Of a DNA stretch of 64,000 nucleotides, positions 27,463 through 37,464 are shown in pieces. Location of the stretch: NCBI GenBank assembly GCA_964396025.1, contig CAYNBT010000002.1:37030-101029 (forward strand), read 5' to 3'. The DNA comes from an uncultured Candidatus Saccharibacteria bacterium. Its GTDB lineage: Bacteria; Patescibacteriota; WWE3; UBA101185; UBA10185. Below the pieces are notes generated by a model. It had not been told where the DNA came from. It did not search any database and saw only the letters and a list, made by a program, of their open reading frames with translations. Positions within the stretch are counted from its first letter, which is position 1; every line of letters begins with the position of its first letter. The position numbers were made by a program, and so were the translations under genes.

Positions 27463-29733
27463 ATGTCCAAATCAAAACGGGGTAGAAAGAGGTCAATAAA
27501 ACTCAAAATCAAGCCGGGAGCTTTGACATCAATTTTTTCGGTATTGTTGGTTATACTTGCAGGTTTGAGCTTTATTTCGTTTTTTGCTCCTGACTATAGC
27601 CTCAATCAAAATATTCAATCTGTATTACGGGGTGCATTCGGGTTTTCTTCAATTCTAATTCCGCCAATTCTAGCAATTTGGGGTATGCTCTATATCAAGT
27701 CATTAAAACTGCCTTTTGTAGAAGTTCGTATTCTTTTTGGACTTATAGGGGCACTCGTAAGCTTGGCTGGCCTATTCCACATTTTTTATTCACCAGATAA
27801 TGCGTTAAATATGGCTCAAGAAGGTGTTGGTGGGGGAATTGTTGGTTATCAACTCGCTCAACTTCTTTCAAACACCGTAAGTAAGTATGGCGGTTTTTTG
27901 GTGCTTCTAGGAACTTTGATGGTTTCTGCAATATTTTTGTTTGATCTTTCCTTTGACGAGTTTTTTGGTCGAGTTAATGAGTTGCGTGAAAAACTTTCCT
28001 TTAGGAAGAGTGGATCTTCTTATGCAGAAAAGAAGCATTCCGAAATGGATGTTCATATTTCTTCTGGGCTTGATCTGGGGTTAGATAATGAGGATGCTGA
28101 AGATAATGAGCCTGCACATCACAGCACTAAAAAGAAACATTTTGAGGCAGAACCTGTAATTGAAGTTATTCCCACTATGGCAGAACCCCAGAATGTACCC
28201 GCAATGGCTGACATGCCTAAGGGCAAAGGTGCTGGATTTAACTCACTGTCGCAGCCGGGACTACCCTATTCAGACAAAGTATGGGAGCTGCCACCTTTGG
28301 AACTACTGCAGGAATCATCAAATGCTCCAATAGATCGCGGTGATGTAAAAGCTCGGGCTAAAATAATTGAAGACACACTACGTTCTTTTGGTGTTGTTGT
28401 AAGGGTGCGAGATATTGACTATGGTCCAACAGTGACTCGTTATGCTCTAGAAGCCGATTCCGGAACTAAAATCACTAAAATCTCTAGTTTGCAGTATGAC
28501 TTAGCTCTGTCGTTGGCTTCGCCTACGGGTTCAGTTAGAATAGAGGCTCCAATTCCGGGCAAGTCCTTAATAGGTATTGAGGTTCCAAATAACACCCGTG
28601 TACCAGTTTCTTTTAAGGATGTTTTTGTCTCAGATGCAATGCGAGGTGTTAAGTCCAAACTGGGCATAGTACTAGGTAAAGATGTTGGAGGGCAAACTCT
28701 AGTTTACGATATAGGTAAGATGCCTCACTTGCTCGTGGCAGGAGCTACAGGTTCAGGTAAATCCGTATTTTTACATTCTTTGATGTTTTCGTTGTTGTAT
28801 CGCTGCAGCCCTAATGAATGCAAGTTTATTTTGGTTGATCCTAAGAGAGTGGAGTTGATCCATTATGGAGATATACCGCACTTGTACACACCGGTGGTTA
28901 CAGATATAGAAAAAGCCGCGTCCGTGTTCAAATGGGCAGTAGCTGAGATGGAAAGAAGATACAAGCTTTTTGAGAGTGCCAAAGCAAGAAATATAGAAAG
29001 CTACAATGAGAAATCTGGCTTTCAAGCCTTGCCGTACATTATGATCATTGTAGATGAGTTAGGCGAAATTATGGTGGCGGACCCAGCCTCAGTGGAGAAA
29101 TCTATCATTAGGATAGCTCAGTTAGCAAGGGCTACAGGTATTCATCTTGTACTCACTACCCAACGACCTTCTACAAATGTGGTGACGGGATTGATAAAAG
29201 CTAACATCCCTTGTAGGATTGCCTTCAACGTAACGTCAAACATTGATTCCCGTGTCATTATAGACCAACCTGGCGCAGAAAAATTGATGGGCAAAGGTGA
29301 TATGTTGTTTGTGCCGCCTGATGTTTCCAAGCCTGTGCGCGTGCAAGGTGCTATGGTAACTGATGCTGAAATAGCTAAGCTGGTAAATTATCTAAAGAGT
29401 TTTGGTGTTGGTCCTGACTATGCCGCCGATATTCTTACCCAGGGGCCAGAGAAAGATAAAAGTATCTCGGCTGGTGGAGATTCAACAGACGATTTATTCA
29501 ATGAGGCCGTTGAAATTGTAGTCTCAGCTAACAAAGCATCTGCCTCGCTTTTGCAAAGGAGATTGTCGGTTGGGTATGCTAGAGCTGCTCGAATTTTGGA
29601 CGAACTCGAAGCAAAAAATATCATCGGACCCGCAAAGGGGAGCAAACCCAGGGAAATCTTAGTTCCTGGTGGTGCATCAGGACCTATTGATGATATAACT
29701 TCTGATGAGGATTATGCTGAGGAAGTATTTTAG
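27463..29733 (+). CDS. ftsK: DNA translocase FtsK/SpoIIIE.
   Basis: N-terminal TM segments and a linker are followed by the motor domain (HLLVAGATGSGKSVFLHSLMFSLLYR...IIVDELGE...TQRPS) and a C-terminal gamma winged-helix domain. Confidence 0.9.
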   Translation: MSKSKRGRKRSIKLKIKPGALTSIFSVLLVILAGLSFISFFAPDYSLNQNIQSVLRGAFGFSSILIPPILAIWGMLYIKSLKLPFVEVRILFGLIGALVSLAGLFHIFYSPDNALNMAQEGVGGGIVGYQLAQLLSNTVSKYGGFLVLLGTLMVSAIFLFDLSFDEFFGRVNELREKLSFRKSGSSYAEKKHSEMDVHISSGLDLGLDNEDAEDNEPAHHSTKKKHFEAEPVIEVIPTMAEPQNVPAMADMPKGKGAGFNSLSQPGLPYSDKVWELPPLELLQESSNAPIDRGDVKARAKIIEDTLRSFGVVVRVRDIDYGPTVTRYALEADSGTKITKISSLQYDLALSLASPTGSVRIEAPIPGKSLIGIEVPNNTRVPVSFKDVFVSDAMRGVKSKLGIVLGKDVGGQTLVYDIGKMPHLLVAGATGSGKSVFLHSLMFSLLYRCSPNECKFILVDPKRVELIHYGDIPHLYTPVVTDIEKAASVFKWAVAEMERRYKLFESAKARNIESYNEKSGFQALPYIMIIVDELGEIMVADPASVEKSIIRIAQLARATGIHLVLTTQRPSTNVVTGLIKANIPCRIAFNVTSNIDSRVIIDQPGAEKLMGKGDMLFVPPDVSKPVRVQGAMVTDAEIAKLVNYLKSFGVGPDYAADILTQGPEKDKSISAGGDSTDDLFNEAVEIVVSANKASASLLQRRLSVGYARAARILDELEAKNIIGPAKGSKPREILVPGGASGPIDDITSDEDYAEEVF

Positions 29734-29761
29734 TCTCCTTCAACCTTAAGCTAACCATAAT

Positions 29762-30466
29762 ATGAAAAGTGTTGGACAGATCTTATATTCGCAAAGAAAA
29801 GCAAAGAAGTGGAGTTTGGATGACGTTAACAAATTCATCAAAATTCATCCAAAGTATCTTAAAGCCCTAGAATCTGGTGATACTACTGTATTTAAAGATA
29901 AGATACATGCCCTTGGCTTTTTACGAAACTATGCTGATTTTCTTGAGTTGGATGTAACAACCGTGCTAGCGCTTTGGCGCAGAGAATTTGGAGGCGAGTT
30001 CGGCCTTGCGGGGTTTGTTCCACTAAAAAATGTTCGCTACAAAAGATTAACTTTTTCTCCAGCACAAGGTTTTTTTGTTATAGCAGTTGCGTTGATTGTT
30101 GGTTTTTTCACATACGTCTTTTATCAGTACAAGACTTATTCTGACCTACCTGTATTTGATATTTACTCCCCTACAAACGATCTGATAACTTCAAAGGATG
30201 TGATAAATATACAAGGTCGTATAGACTTTGGCGCCAGTGTTATGGTCAATAATCAAAACATACCATTGAGCAAGAATGGTATCTTTGCTACAACAGTAAA
30301 ACTCAATCCAGGACTCAACGTTTTTTCATTTACTTCTTACAACAGAGAAGGGAAAAAGGCAGAAGTTATCCGAACGGTTATTTATCGACCTGTTACTTCA
30401 GGAACCATAGAAGAAGCTCGTGCAGTTACGGAATCTTCTGAGTCTAGTACCAATAGGCTTGACTGA
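29762..30466 (+). CDS. RodZ-like cytoskeleton protein (XRE-type HTH, TM segment, C-terminal domain).
   Basis: VGQILYSQRKAKKWSLDDVNKFIKIHPKYLKALESGD...GFLRNYADFLELD is the RodZ N-terminal pattern. A single TM segment follows (FFVIAVALIVGFFTYVF). Confidence 0.65.
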   Translation: MKSVGQILYSQRKAKKWSLDDVNKFIKIHPKYLKALESGDTTVFKDKIHALGFLRNYADFLELDVTTVLALWRREFGGEFGLAGFVPLKNVRYKRLTFSPAQGFFVIAVALIVGFFTYVFYQYKTYSDLPVFDIYSPTNDLITSKDVINIQGRIDFGASVMVNNQNIPLSKNGIFATTVKLNPGLNVFSFTSYNREGKKAEVIRTVIYRPVTSGTIEEARAVTESSESSTNRLD

Positions 30467-30565
30467 TTTTTTTGAGAATGCAATACTGAATTTAGTATTT
30501 TTATACATCTGCCCAAACTTGTATAGATCACTTGATCTGTTTGTGTTTGTAGCAATGTAAATTCA

Positions 30566-30829
30566 TTGGATATACAGGTTGTAATCGTAATCATACTTTC
30601 TCTTTTGACCATCAATTTGTTAGTGGTTGGTGTCTATGTGGTATTGGTGCTTAGAGATGTTCGTCAAACGGTCAAACGCGTTAACTCTGTTTTGGAAACT
30701 GTAGATACTTTCAGCTCTTCTCTTTCAAGTCCCATTTCTACCATCATTACTGTAACCAGTGCTTTATCTGAAGGCATTAAAGCGTTCAAAAACTTAAAAA
30801 ATTTGAGAGATGACAATAGCGATGTGTGA
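30566..30829 (+). CDS. DUF948-like small membrane protein.
   Basis: An N-terminal TM segment is followed by a helical region (VLVLRDVRQTVKRVNSVLETVDTF). It is paired with a YtxH-like gene, as in Firmicutes. Confidence 0.45.
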   Translation: MDIQVVIVIILSLLTINLLVVGVYVVLVLRDVRQTVKRVNSVLETVDTFSSSLSSPISTIITVTSALSEGIKAFKNLKNLRDDNSDV

Positions 30830-31106
30830 TAACAAACATCATTCGCCACATTCTGGTGGATTTACGACTGGCATGCTTTTTGGTGCAATACTTGGTATAG
30901 CAGCAGGGGTCTTATTGGCACCTGCAAAGGGTGAAGACACGCGTAAGAAACTTCAAAGTGCCAAAGAAGATTATGCTAAAAAAGCATCTGATACTGTTGA
31001 GCAAATACAGCAGCTGTTTGCTGAAGATCAGTTAGTTGAAGGTGCTGAGAAATCAGCCAAATCCTCCAAGAAAAGAAAGCTCTTTAAGGGAGCAAGAAAA
31101 TCCTAA
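30810..31106 (+). CDS. YtxH-like protein. The start is uncertain: 30810, 30822 or 30873.
   Basis: GMLFGAILGIAAGVLLAPAKGEDTRKKL matches the YtxH N-terminal motif. The C-terminal helix is Lys-rich. Confidence 0.5.
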   Translation: MTIAMCDNKHHSPHSGGFTTGMLFGAILGIAAGVLLAPAKGEDTRKKLQSAKEDYAKKASDTVEQIQQLFAEDQLVEGAEKSAKSSKKRKLFKGARKS

Positions 31107-31181
31107 AGTTAGCATAATATGGTGGATTAAGTGTTGCTGCGAGTATAGTGGTTTATTCACGTATGGTATAAAATACTAACT

Positions 31182-31646
31182 ATGGATACAAATGCACAAA
31201 ATACATCTGATCCTAATATTCAGCCTAATTCGCCTGATTTAAGTTTTCAACCAAGCGCTTCGGTATCCGGCGAAAGTGGGGTTCATGTTGAGATCCCTGT
31301 TGTTGCACCTATCTCAGTTGAGCATACTCCCGAGCCTGTTGTAGAGCAGCCTGTAGAACAGACTGTAGAACAACCTGTAGAGTTGGCGCCAGAAGTTTAT
31401 AAAACTCCTGAAACTGTTGAAACTATATCACCCGCCCCAACGGTTGTTTTGAGTGAAGACCCTCTTGCCGAAAACGTTGTACCGCTGCCAAAAGCTATGC
31501 CTGTTGTTGAATCAATTGTAGACAAGAGAACTAATCATGAATCACTTGCAAAGGTAAAACCCAATGCCGACCCTGTAACTCTTGATGCAGATAAGAACGA
31601 AGAAGAGTTTATTGCTGGAGTGGAAATTGCCCATGAACATAAATAG
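31182..31646 (+). CDS. Acidic Pro/Val/Glu-rich repeat protein (VEQP/VEQT repeats), predicted to be disordered.
   Basis: Tandem repeats of about 12 nt, (c/a)ctgtagaaca(g/a), at about 31334-31383 encode PVVEQPVEQTVEQPVE. No TM segment is present. The 3' end overlaps the start of the downstream ATPase. Confidence 0.5.
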   Translation: MDTNAQNTSDPNIQPNSPDLSFQPSASVSGESGVHVEIPVVAPISVEHTPEPVVEQPVEQTVEQPVELAPEVYKTPETVETISPAPTVVLSEDPLAENVVPLPKAMPVVESIVDKRTNHESLAKVKPNADPVTLDADKNEEEFIAGVEIAHEHK

Positions 31647-34065
31647 CTCGATCAACACTATTATGTGGCTTTGGATAGCAGGTTTGGTTGCGCTGATGAT
31701 TGGGACTATTGTTTTCAAATATTACATTGGTAAAAAAAGAAGAGAGTATGAAGCTTCAAACCAATTTAAGCTCACATTCTTACAAATAAAACTTCCTCCT
31801 CAAAACGAGATCGAGATAAAAGCCGCCGAGCATATGTTTTCCAGTTTTATGGGGTTTAAGAAATCATTTTGGGATACACTCAAGACTGGGCAACATAGGA
31901 TTTCATTTGAAATTGTTTCAAAAGTCGAAGGTATTGCTTTCTATGTTGTGGTCCCCGATGATATTGCACTACATGTTGAAAAGCAGATAAACGCAGCTTA
32001 TCCAACTGCCGAAATTGATATTATCGATCCAGAAGAAATCTGGGATCGTGGTGCACATACAGCAATCATGGAGCTTGGACTTTCGGGTCCGGATTATTAT
32101 CCGATCAAGAACCATGAGGACATTGGTGGTGACGCACTTAGTGCTATCACCAGTTCCATGAGCAAGCTGGGTCCAGATGATGTGCTTACGGTGCAATTTC
32201 TTGTAAAGCCAGCTTCAGAGAATTGGCGTAAATCTGGTAAGAGCTATATTGGTAAAATCAAAAACCGTGCAAACGATCCGAACAAACAGGTCAATATTGA
32301 TACAGCTCATTTGGAGGGTGTAGAAAAGAAAATTTCAAAACCCGGTTTTGATACTGTGATAAGGGTAGTTTCAATCTCTAGTGATAAGTTTACCTCTGAT
32401 GCCCATCTCAGAGCCCTAGAGACAGCATTTGAACAGTTCACTGATGTAAATTACAACAGGTTTGTGGCCAAGCGTCTCAAATCATCAAAAAAATTTATTG
32501 ATGACTTTATTCACAGAAGAATGCGCGCTGTTGAATGGTTTATCCCGCTGTTTGATATCTCCTTGAAAAAGAATACTTCTGTCTTGAATATCTCTGAAAT
32601 GGCCACTGTGTTTCATTTTCCAAACAAAAACATCCAAACCCCAAATATTATCTGGCTTGGTGCTAGAAAGGCACCTGCACCTGCGAATGTACCAAAAGAG
32701 GGGATATTGCTTGGGCAGAATCAATACCGTGGTACTGTCACACCGGTACACATGAAAGACGGGGATCGCCGTAGGCACATGTATATTATAGGGCAAACCG
32801 GTACAGGAAAATCAGAATTTTTGAAAGCTCTGGTCCTTCAGGACATCAAAGCGGGTAAAGGTGTAGCGCTTATTGACCCTCACGGTAGTGATATAGATGA
32901 TATTTTGCAAAGAATTCCTGAGGAACGTAAAGACGATGTGATCTTGTTTGATGTTTCCGATACACAGCGGCCGTTAGGTCTAAACATACTTGAATGGCAA
33001 ACTGAGGAACAAAAGAATATGTTGATCAACGCTTTTATTGGTTTGTTGTACAAGCTATATGACCCAAATCGCCAAGGAATTATTGGACCAAAGCTTGAAC
33101 GTGCTGTTAGAAACATTATGCTTACAGCGATGGTAGATAGAGAGGCTACATTGGTTGATGTATTACGTTTATTGATTGATAACGAGTATTCCAAAAAATT
33201 CTTGCCTTTGGTAAAAGATCCTTTGGTAAAACGTTATTGGACTGATGAGGTTGCCAAAACCAGCGACTTCCACAAGAGCGAAACCATGGGCTACTTTGTT
33301 TCAAAGTTTGATAGGTTTATCACCGAAAGCACCATGCGCAATATTCTGGGTCAGCCAAAATCGGCATTGGACTTCTCCAAAATTATGGCAGAGAAAAAGA
33401 TCTTCCTTGCCGATTTATCCAAAGGGAAAATTGGTGAAGAAAATGCCACGTTCTTGGGTTTGATCATTGTTCCAAGGATTTTGATGGCTGCTCTGCAGCG
33501 TGCTACGTTACTAGGTCAGGGAATTCAATTCCCTGATTTTTACCTGTATGTAGATGAGTTCCAAAACTTTGCTACGCCCGATTTTGCCACAATCTTATCT
33601 GAAGCTAGAAAATATAAACTTAACTTGATAGTAGCCAACCAGTTTATTGCGCAACTTTCTGATGAGATCAAAACAGCAATTTTTGGTAACGTGGGAACTA
33701 TGGCTTCGTTCCGAATTGGTATAGATGATTCAGAATATTTGGCCACGCAGTTTTCGCCGATTTTTGAGGCCAATGACTTGATCAACAATCCTATGGGAAG
33801 TGCTTGTGTAAGATTGTTGATAGATGGGCACCCATCAATTCCATTTTCAATGCAAGTGCCTTGGGATAAAGAGCGTAATGACCTTTCTCTTATATACGGT
33901 GAGTTTTCAAAAAATCAAAACATTGGACAAGAAATACGTCAGCGTTCTAGAATGACTTATGGTCGCCCAGTTGCCGAAGTGGAAGAGTTTATAAACAAGC
34001 GTGCCGGTTTTGACGAGCCGCCCATACAAGCTCCTCCTCAACTGAAAAGGGAGATCAGGTTTTAA
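31633..34065 (+). CDS. Membrane-anchored FtsK/HerA-superfamily ATPase resembling a type IV coupling protein (VirD4/TraG/TcpA-like). A VirB4-like ATPase is the alternative.
   Basis: An N-terminal TM segment (IMWLWIAGLVALMIGTIVF) is followed by a domain of about 330 aa and then Walker A HMYIIGQTGTGKS...ALIDPHG. The Walker B and C-terminal motif FYLYVDEFQNFATPDF...ARKYKLNLIVANQFIAQL...FGNVGTMASFRIGIDDSEYLA is typical of T4CP and VirB4 proteins. The ATG at 31633 lies inside the tail of the upstream ORF. Confidence 0.55.
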   Translation: MNINSSINTIMWLWIAGLVALMIGTIVFKYYIGKKRREYEASNQFKLTFLQIKLPPQNEIEIKAAEHMFSSFMGFKKSFWDTLKTGQHRISFEIVSKVEGIAFYVVVPDDIALHVEKQINAAYPTAEIDIIDPEEIWDRGAHTAIMELGLSGPDYYPIKNHEDIGGDALSAITSSMSKLGPDDVLTVQFLVKPASENWRKSGKSYIGKIKNRANDPNKQVNIDTAHLEGVEKKISKPGFDTVIRVVSISSDKFTSDAHLRALETAFEQFTDVNYNRFVAKRLKSSKKFIDDFIHRRMRAVEWFIPLFDISLKKNTSVLNISEMATVFHFPNKNIQTPNIIWLGARKAPAPANVPKEGILLGQNQYRGTVTPVHMKDGDRRRHMYIIGQTGTGKSEFLKALVLQDIKAGKGVALIDPHGSDIDDILQRIPEERKDDVILFDVSDTQRPLGLNILEWQTEEQKNMLINAFIGLLYKLYDPNRQGIIGPKLERAVRNIMLTAMVDREATLVDVLRLLIDNEYSKKFLPLVKDPLVKRYWTDEVAKTSDFHKSETMGYFVSKFDRFITESTMRNILGQPKSALDFSKIMAEKKIFLADLSKGKIGEENATFLGLIIVPRILMAALQRATLLGQGIQFPDFYLYVDEFQNFATPDFATILSEARKYKLNLIVANQFIAQLSDEIKTAIFGNVGTMASFRIGIDDSEYLATQFSPIFEANDLINNPMGSACVRLLIDGHPSIPFSMQVPWDKERNDLSLIYGEFSKNQNIGQEIRQRSRMTYGRPVAEVEEFINKRAGFDEPPIQAPPQLKREIRF

Positions 34066-34088
34066 TATGAAAGTTTTTAACTAATACT

Positions 34089-37000
34089 ATGACTGCCCAA
34101 AATCGCCGAGATACACAACCTGATGAGCTAGCCACCCTGCGCGATGTACTTGAGACTACTGGCTCAGCCGAAACTAAGGCACGTGAAGCTGAAATTCTTA
34201 AAAAAAGCAATCCGGAAGACTTAGATATCACGGATTTGGTAAAGCGCACAGATGTAAGGCTCAAGACAGCTGCAGAAGAACTTAAGAAACTCGAAGGGGT
34301 CAATGCAGCAGAGTTTATTGCGGCATGCACAGATTTTAGCGATCACATTAAAAGTTTTAGACCACAAGAAAATGATGCAAACGACGTGGTATTGCTGGCA
34401 TTAGAAAATGCGGGTAGAGCTGAGGTAGTGTTTGACGAGGCATACAAAGGCACCATAAGAGAGATAGTTATGTTCGTCAACGAGTATGCTCCTCATGTTA
34501 GTGAACAAAATCCAAAGATAGGCTTTGCTTTACAAATGTATATGGAGGCAATGTCTGCCAATAATTCTTTTGCTGATTTAAACAACGAGCAGGAATTTAC
34601 GAATCAGTATGTAAGGCCGGCTTCAGAAAATAATCTCAGACTAAGTAAAGAAGAAGCGTCAAAACTTTTTCATGCTTTACACGATATTTCTCAAGTAAAT
34701 CCGATGCCTTTTAAAGATTTTGCCAATGAGAACAATTATGCACCGGGCAATACAGTAGAGCAGGATAAAGAAATTGCTGCAACAAAAGAGCACGAACGCT
34801 ATCAAAAATGGCTAAACTTGGTTGAGACCTTTGATTCATTTTTGCCTCAAGATCCCCTGCAAAACAAATGGGAAAAATACAATGAAATCCCCGGACCCGT
34901 GGAAAACCCATGGCTAAATTGGCAAGAAAAACATGCTGCCGATGGTGGTTTGATTGTGGACGTGAGCAAAGGTGCAGGGCCACTTGTAGAGGTTGAAAAG
35001 AGAAGCGGCTTTTTTGGAACTAAAAAAGGCTATGAAGCTGCAAAACCTGTTCAAAACGAAATCTTCCTCATGGAAAAACAGATAGCTGTGGTTGGGCAAG
35101 ACGGCAGAACTTACTTAAGAAAAGTTCAGTGCTCAAACGAAGTTTATTACAAAGTAGATTTAAAATACGACAAAGTCGGTGGCGTTGAGGCAGCCTACTA
35201 CAAACAAACGGGATTCTGCCATACAGGAATAAAGTCAGAAATAATTGGAGAATATGAACGAATGCAACAGTTACGTGCAGCTGTAGCGGTCGAGGGAGGT
35301 AATAAATACCAAGTTCCTCAACTGATTCAAGAAGAAGGGGATCCAGCGCCCAAAATGCAGGTAATCCTCATGGACAAGGAAACCTATCTAAAAGCGTTGA
35401 GTAATGTCACACTTGCCGTGAAATCATACGAGGGCCCTCCACCTCCAGAAGGTAACAATCCAAAAGCCATAGTTGATGCTTACTACGAGAAAAAGGCCCA
35501 GGCGGGCAGGAAGAAGTTCAGAGAGCAATTTGTAAACGAAATCGCTGGTGACGATTTGATGCCAGAGCGTGCCCATGTACAAGTCCGATCTGCTGTGGAG
35601 GCATACTTGGCCAGGTTAGAAACCGCAGAACCAAAAAATGAGACATTGATAAACTCAATAAAGGAATCCCAAGAGAATGTAAATGCCCATTACGAAGATA
35701 TTGGAAGAAACTACGGCAAACTAAACAGATACAACGATAAAGCCACACAGCGTGTCTTGGAGCGACGTGCTTTGGGACTTTCTACACTTACCGATCAGGA
35801 CGTTTATGATCACAGCCCTGCTTATATGGCCGAACTAAATGCTGCAAAGCAGGAAATTGCCAGCGAGTATTTTTACAAAAAGATAGTTTTGAATGATGTG
35901 GCTATGGAAGTGAAAAGGCTTGAAACTGTAGAACAGAGCAATCCGGAAGTACTCAATGATTATTTGGCTAATCTGGATCATAGAATTCAGTTGCGTGTTG
36001 AGGAAATGAAGCAAAATGCAGAGATCGATAAAACTGCTTCTTCTGCTGAGGCAGCGAGCAAATACATCACTGCAGATATGGATGCCATGTATGAGGCGAT
36101 TGCACGCCCTACGCATGATTTATCCGTAGAATTAAAAAGAGGCGAGAAGTTAGTAGCTAGAGCAAAGGACAAACATAAGATGGCTGTGGGAGATATGTAT
36201 GCCTATGCCACAATGTCTGGACTCTTGCCTCAGGATGTTTGGAATGCCGTGGAGTTAAATACTGCTCTTACTATTATAAGCGATCAGACAAATTGGGAAG
36301 TTGCATATCTTCCGGAACTAGTACTGCCTCCAACATCGCCTGATAGCTTGGATCCTGTATTTTTGACAAAGTTTGTGAATATTTACAATAGGAAACCTAC
36401 GCAGCAAGAGATGAATGCGTTTGCATACAATACAAACGTTAACGCTATTGACTCAAAAATTGCTAGAGCAAACGCAAGAGTTATGGAGGTTGAGCGTGTC
36501 CTAGATTATTTTGGTTCTTTGGAAAATGCCTCAGATGATATGTCCCAACAAGATGTTTATAACGCGATGGTCTCAGGTGCTACTCTTGATTTTGAGACCC
36601 GTTCTGTGGTTAAAGAAGCTGTTAAATTAAGATATGCAGACGACGAAGTACGTCAGAGTATTGCGGAGTCCTATCTATCGGCTGCCAAAATTGTTGAGGC
36701 TACGTCAGTACTCGTGGCTGCTAGAAACAAACGTGCTGTTGAAGGTAATTTCATACCTTCCGACTATATGGATGTTAATGGAAGTATTACTTCGGAAGGA
36801 GCTAGGATTTTTGCGGAAATGGAAGCTCTAAAAAAAGAACTATCCCCTGAGAGCGCTGCAAAGGTGATTGCTAATCTTGATAGCAACCGTAGGAAGAATG
36901 AACAAGGTCTTGAAGCTGTTGCGGTCGAAATTACCCCAGCTAGACTAGACACCTTACAAACCAGCTTAGAAGGAAACTTGGAGGCTGCACGAGCTCTAGC

Positions 37001-37454
37001 TGCTGAAAGTAAGTACGGTGCTCAGGTGCCTGAGGATGCATTTGACGCCCAAGCTCAATTTATAAAAGAGACCATTGATAATTTGCGCAATCAGCCTGCT
37101 TCTTCCGCACAGTCGGCGCAAGCTATTGTTGCATATAGAGCATTACACCGCATTAGTGGTGCACAGCAGGCCTTTCTAGATAGTTATGCCGATGCCACTG
37201 TAAATAAAGACGTTATGCGTGAGACAGCTTTGGCTGTGAATTATGTTACATCCGCTGCAGAAACCGCAGCAACATTCAATGCTGCGGTTCGCTTACCAGA
37301 CGACCTTATTCAGCTGGGACAGGAGCGGGGCATAGATGCTTCGTTTATTCTCCTCGCGAATGACACCTTTAGCTTGTCAACAGAAGTTCCGTACAATAGT
37401 GATGTAGTTATGGCTTATGCTGAGCAATTGCAGAATAATGCAGCCGCAGTATAG
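34089..37454 (+). CDS. Large hydrophilic hypothetical protein of 1121 aa, Ala/Glu-rich, with no TM segment or signal peptide.
   Basis: It is a long ORF with higher GC than its surroundings, shown by several long alternate-frame ORFs on the opposite strand. No motifs I recognise are present. It starts 23 nt after the ATPase gene. Confidence 0.6.
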   Translation: MTAQNRRDTQPDELATLRDVLETTGSAETKAREAEILKKSNPEDLDITDLVKRTDVRLKTAAEELKKLEGVNAAEFIAACTDFSDHIKSFRPQENDANDVVLLALENAGRAEVVFDEAYKGTIREIVMFVNEYAPHVSEQNPKIGFALQMYMEAMSANNSFADLNNEQEFTNQYVRPASENNLRLSKEEASKLFHALHDISQVNPMPFKDFANENNYAPGNTVEQDKEIAATKEHERYQKWLNLVETFDSFLPQDPLQNKWEKYNEIPGPVENPWLNWQEKHAADGGLIVDVSKGAGPLVEVEKRSGFFGTKKGYEAAKPVQNEIFLMEKQIAVVGQDGRTYLRKVQCSNEVYYKVDLKYDKVGGVEAAYYKQTGFCHTGIKSEIIGEYERMQQLRAAVAVEGGNKYQVPQLIQEEGDPAPKMQVILMDKETYLKALSNVTLAVKSYEGPPPPEGNNPKAIVDAYYEKKAQAGRKKFREQFVNEIAGDDLMPERAHVQVRSAVEAYLARLETAEPKNETLINSIKESQENVNAHYEDIGRNYGKLNRYNDKATQRVLERRALGLSTLTDQDVYDHSPAYMAELNAAKQEIASEYFYKKIVLNDVAMEVKRLETVEQSNPEVLNDYLANLDHRIQLRVEEMKQNAEIDKTASSAEAASKYITADMDAMYEAIARPTHDLSVELKRGEKLVARAKDKHKMAVGDMYAYATMSGLLPQDVWNAVELNTALTIISDQTNWEVAYLPELVLPPTSPDSLDPVFLTKFVNIYNRKPTQQEMNAFAYNTNVNAIDSKIARANARVMEVERVLDYFGSLENASDDMSQQDVYNAMVSGATLDFETRSVVKEAVKLRYADDEVRQSIAESYLSAAKIVEATSVLVAARNKRAVEGNFIPSDYMDVNGSITSEGARIFAEMEALKKELSPESAAKVIANLDSNRRKNEQGLEAVAVEITPARLDTLQTSLEGNLEAARALAAESKYGAQVPEDAFDAQAQFIKETIDNLRNQPASSAQSAQAIVAYRALHRISGAQQAFLDSYADATVNKDVMRETALAVNYVTSAAETAATFNAAVRLPDDLIQLGQERGIDASFILLANDTFSLSTEVPYNSDVVMAYAEQLQNNAAAV

Positions 37455-37464
37455 TGGTTAATTT

